Positions 37,001 through 41,463 of a stretch of 41,463 nt of DNA are shown here, one piece after another. The stretch is from Parasitella parasitica NRRL 2501. Taxonomy: Eukaryota; Fungi; Mucoromycota. Each line of letters opens with the position of its first letter. The stretch's first letter is position 1. Both the position numbers and the translations under genes were made by a program. The stretch lies in NCBI GenBank assembly GCA_025201805.1, contig MU619292.1, forward strand, positions 19,997 through 61,459. The letters run 5' to 3'. A model generated the notes under the pieces. It searched no databases. It saw only the letters and a list, made by a program, of their open reading frames with translations, and was not told where the DNA came from.

Positions 37001-40000
37001 CTGCCAATGCTTGGATCAAGAAGCAAAAGTCTGACTGGAGCATCTTGACCAGTACAACAGTTCGTAGGGGTGTATTCCCTGCTTCCTCTTGGTTCTTTAT
37101 CAAGGCTACTTGTAAGGGTTCTGAAGAACTGGTTCTTGCAGTCCAGGAATCTAGCTCTCAGCTCGTATTGAAAAAGTTGGATTTCAAGACTTTCAAGAAC
37201 CAGCTGTGGGCTTATAACAACGGCCTTCTGGCCAACTATGGCAGCAAGTTTGTAATTGATGTTAAGGGTAACTAGGCCTATCCTATTGTCATGTTTGATC
37301 CAGTCACTGACCACCTTTTACACGCACTTGTAGGCTCTGTAGCAGTTAAATCTGCCATTATCCATGCTGCTGAAGCTGCTGTTAGCACCCAGAAATGGTA
37401 TTTGACATCAGAAGGTCGTATTGAGCTTGATAGCCATGAGTTTTATGTCCTCGGTTGCGATGATTTCAAGGATGGTGCTCAAATCTTACTTGGATCGTCT
37501 AGAGCTTCGAGTTCTGTCAAGACTATTCAATGGAAATTCTCTGTTCCTGTCTTCGGCAAGAAGACCACAGCCACTGCTACAACCACAATAACTTCCAACA
37601 TCACTGATATCACTAAAGAAATAGAAAGTGGTGCTACCATTGAAGGCACCAATGAAGTTGCATCAACCAACAACTCTCAAGTAGCCCTCGCTCGCAGAAC
37701 TACCAAGCATTCTTATGTGATTTATCGTGAATCTCGTTTGATTATTAGCTGGTGGAGAATCATCTTTATCCGCCGTCTTTCAGCATGCCGTACCCAAAAG
37801 GAATACCTCGAAGTTATTGAGCAATATCGTCAAATTCTGTATAGTCGTTTCTCACAATACTTGGAGGTTTACGGTTCTTCTGTCACTAAAGAGGAACGCC
37901 GTACTCTGGAGGCTTCCATCGAGGAAACTAAAACTACCCTCGAGACAGAGGTTTTCGCCAAGTCCACTACTTATCTCAAGACATTAAAAGCTGATCAAGA
38001 AGTTTCCTCAAAGCAGCTTGATGTATCAACAATTGTCACTGGATGTTGCCATTCTATCGAGAAAAAGTATGAAACTATTATCTCCAAGGCTGAAAAAGAG
38101 TCTGCTATCACCAAGGAATCCTCTGGCACCGTCCTCACTGGACAACAAGTAGTTAAGCACTATGAATCTGAATCTGAAGCTGTTGAAGGCGTCCTTGTCG
38201 TCGTTGATACTATTCAAATTACTATCCGCTATTGGTTCAGAACTCTTTATGGTCGCATCACTGAGGCCTCAAATAAGGGCGCCAAGAAGGAAGAGATTGA
38301 CCTATTGATCAAAAATTCTCAAAAGGATCTTCAAGGCCAACTGATCAAGATTCGTGAAACCACTGCATCCTCCTTGTCTGGCTCGGTCGCTCTCTCTGAA
38401 GAATACAAAAATACATTTGAAAAGTCTGTTTCTTCTGTTATTGAAAAGTCCACTTCTGAGGTTGATCATTTTGTCTCCAACGTTGACATTTCCACAGCTT
38501 CTACTGCTGAAAATTGGAAAAAGTTGACTGGCGCTATTGATAATACTTTATCACTCAAGTTCCATGAATGCAAGAGCAGTGTTCAAGAAGTAGATGTTGT
38601 TTCTGAAATAGAAACTAAGAAGGAGGAAGACGTCCAAGTGTCCAAAGAAGAGGTTGAATGCTCCAAGCTTGAAATGGTCACTACTCTTGCTGAATCCAAA
38701 GCCTACATTACTTCTTGGTTTACCAACATCTACAATGATGTTTCTTGGTCTCTTGAGTCTAGTTCAAGCACACAAGAAGACACCTTGACCATTATCGATG
38801 CCGCTGAACTTGATGTCGTTGCCAAGATTGATGAGTCTGTTGCATTGCTGTCTGTTTTATCAACAAGCCTTACCTATCTTTCTTGGACTGAGCGTCGTCG
38901 TTTAATTACTTACTACATCAGCATGAAGACGTATCTTTTAGCCAATCTGAAACAATTCAAAACGTCCATTGTTGAATCTGATAAAGAGGCCACCCTCAAG
39001 ATCTGCCAATTTACTTTTAGTGAAAAGGAGCAGTTGGATGTTTTGAAGCACATTGATTACATTCTAGAGAATGTCTCTACTTCTACTACTACTACTGCAA
39101 CAACAACCGCTACCAGTACTAATGCTATTGAATCTGCTACATCTGAGTCCTCTATTTCCAAGGAAAAACAAGACAAAGTTGTTGACATTATTGTTAAAGA
39201 CACAGAATCTGTTGCAGTTGGCGTCATTTCTGAAAAAAACACTGTATCACAAGTTGAAGCTATCACCAAGGAATCTGAATCCATCTCTGCTGGCGTTGTT
39301 CATGGAACCACCGATGCTTTGTCCAAAGTAGATGTTGCCACAGATGGTTCCAAATCTGTTACTGTTGGCGTCATCTCTGGCAAGGTTATCGAGAGCAAAG
39401 AGTATTCATCTATTGAAGCCGATGTAAAGGAATCCATGGACGTTGTTGTCGACAATGGAAAATCCTCCTCTGCAGCAGTCAAGGACACCGATGTGGCAAC
39501 TGTTATTTCCAAGGGACAGAGCTCCTCATCCAACGTTGCTGATAGTTCTAAAGAGACCAAATCTACCATTATCACTGGTGTAGCTGCTGGTGTTGTTGTA
39601 GGCGTTGCTGCTGGTGCTGCTGCGGAAGTCGTTTCGCATAAAAATGATTCCGTATCCAAGGTAAACATCATCTCGAAGGGCCCTGAATCTGTTGCTGCTG
39701 GTGGTGTCACTGAGCAAACCAAAACGACCACAAGCAATAAGGAAACTGCTTCTGTTGGTGCAGCTGTCGGCGGTACATTATCTGATGTTGAGAAGACGGA
39801 ATCATCTACTATTGATGTCAAATCCACAGAGAAGGATAAATGCGCAAAGACTGAAGCTATCATCAAAGAATCTGGCTCAGTTACCATCGTTGGAAGTAAG
39901 GAAGCTACCAGAGTAACTGATATCCTTGAATCCGGTTCATCTGCTATTGAAGTTGCTGTTGAAGAGAAGGATACTATCATCACCAAAAATAACGGTGCCG

Positions 40001-41463
40001 CTGTCAATGTAGTTGTAGGCGGCTCTGCAACTAAGGTCGATGCAGTTACTAAAGAGTCAGAATCCGTCACAGTTGCAACTGGTAAGACGGAATCTGCCAG
40101 TGTAACTGATGTCATTGAAACTGACTCATCTACTATTGATATCGTCATTGGCAAAAAAGATACCATTGCAACAACTGAGGGCACTACTGTTGGTGTCGTT
40201 GTTGATGGCTCTGATTCTAAGTTTGATGTTATTACCAAGGAATCTTGTTCGTCTAAGGTTGATATTACCACTGATAAAAAGGATACCATCACGGAGACAA
40301 TGGGTTCCGCTGTTGGTGTTGTCGTTGGTAGCTCTGGTTCCAAGATCGATGTTACTGCCAAAAAATCTGTATCTGCTACTGTCATTACTGGTGAGAAGGA
40401 GACTACCATCGTAACTGATGATATTGACTCTGGCTCATCTGTTATCAATGTTGTTACTGCTAGGAAGGATTCAGTTATTAAAAATAATGGCGCTGCTGTT
40501 GGTGTAGTTGTAGGTGGCTCTGATTCCAAGGTCGATACTACTGCTAAAGAATCTGAATCTGTCACTGTCGTAGCTGATAAGAGGGAAACTACTACTGTAA
40601 CTGATGTTATTGAAACTGGCTCAACTGCTGTTGGTATCGCCACAGGCATCAAATCGGAAGGTTCTGTTACTGGTATTGTTGTAGATATCTCTGATTCTAA
40701 GGCTGATGTTGTTACCGAGCAATCTGGATCTGTCACTGTCATTGCTGGTGAAAAGGAAACCACAATTGTAACTGATATCATTGAAAATGGCTCAACTGCC
40801 CCTGATATTATTACTGATAAGAGCAATACCTTCACCAAAACCAAAGGTTCTACTGCTGGTGTCATTAATGGGTCTAATTCGAAGGCTGATGTTATTATCA
40901 ACGAGTCAGGATCTGTTGCTGTCATTACTGATGGGAAAGCAACTGCTATTGTAACCGATAAGAAGGATACGATAGTTGTAAACGAAGATTCTATTGCTGG
41001 TGGTGTCGCTATTGATGTCACTGTTGGCGGCTCTGATTCTAAGGTTGATGTTATCACCAAAGAGTCTGAATCTATCACTGTCGTGGCTGGCAAGAAGGAA
41101 ACTACCACTGTAACTGATGCTATTGAAACTGGTTCAGCTACTGTTAATATCGTCACAGGTGGGGAAACCACTGTCAAGACTAAGGATTCTGCTGTTGGTA
41201 CAGTTGTCCATAGCTCTGATTCTGATAAGGTTAAAGTTGTTAAAAATGACAGCTCTACTAAGGGCGTCAAGGTTGAAAGTACAGAGGTTCCGCTTGGAGG
41301 CACTTTGAACGATGAAACATTGGTCAGTAAGAACACTGTTACTGCTGGTGTTGCTGTCGGCGTAGCTGCTGGTGTCATTACTGGTGTCATTACTGGCTCT
41401 GCTGAAAAGTCATCTTCGACTTGTGATAAAATCTCGGTTGTTGAAGATGCCAAATCTGCTGAA
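31046..41463 (+). CDS. Giant gellin-like protein: ten ricin-B-like beta-trefoil domains, helical repeats and V/T/S/G-rich repeats (3' end beyond window)
   Basis: Ten units starting [FYW]P-x-G-x-F-F-[IVL] near 31067, 31891, 32371, 32971, 33561, 34219, 34801, 35902, 36500 and 37072, mostly with QLW / LVN..S.LVLDV / QxW motifs; short GT-AG introns; exon from 37334 is open in frame 1 to the window end. Confidence 0.85.
39850..41200 (+). repeat. Degenerate coding repeats of ~170-190 bp (~57-63 aa) in the gellin-like tail
   Basis: GTAACTGAT (VTD..E.GS) anchors at about 39913, 40102, 40411, 40597, 40768 and 41110; recurring VGVVVGGSDSKVDVITKESESVTV. Confidence 0.85.

Noticed and set aside
39300-41453. 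717-aa ORF on the minus strand
   Set aside because: Antisense shadow of the open + strand repeat exon; codon bias explains the lack of stops.

Overview
AT-rich eukaryotic DNA with short (~55-60 bp) GT-AG introns, most consistent with a Mucorales fungus (Rhizopus/Mucor-like; inferred, not proven). The left 3.8 kb is mobile DNA. It holds a foldback-like unit with >=329-bp perfect inverted repeats (1-329 / 1657-1985) capped by 12-bp tandem arrays, enclosing an apparently intact 5-exon gene whose C-terminal half resembles a serine-recombinase (resolvase) domain. A decayed Tc1/mariner DD34E transposon follows. The middle holds ordinary genes: old yellow enzyme, DHHC palmitoyltransferase, RhoGEF-BAR-SH3, eIF5A, COX11, F-BAR/RhoGAP, tRNA-Ile(AAT), ADE4 and OPA3-like. 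It also holds a MITE-like element and a probable Fanzor N-terminal remnant. From 31046 to beyond the window end lies a giant gene with ten ricin-B-like beta-trefoil repeats, three ~161-aa helical repeats and a long Val/Thr/Ser/Gly repeat tail, matching the gellin (wound-gelation protein) architecture. All assignments come from manual reading and translation; no searches were run.
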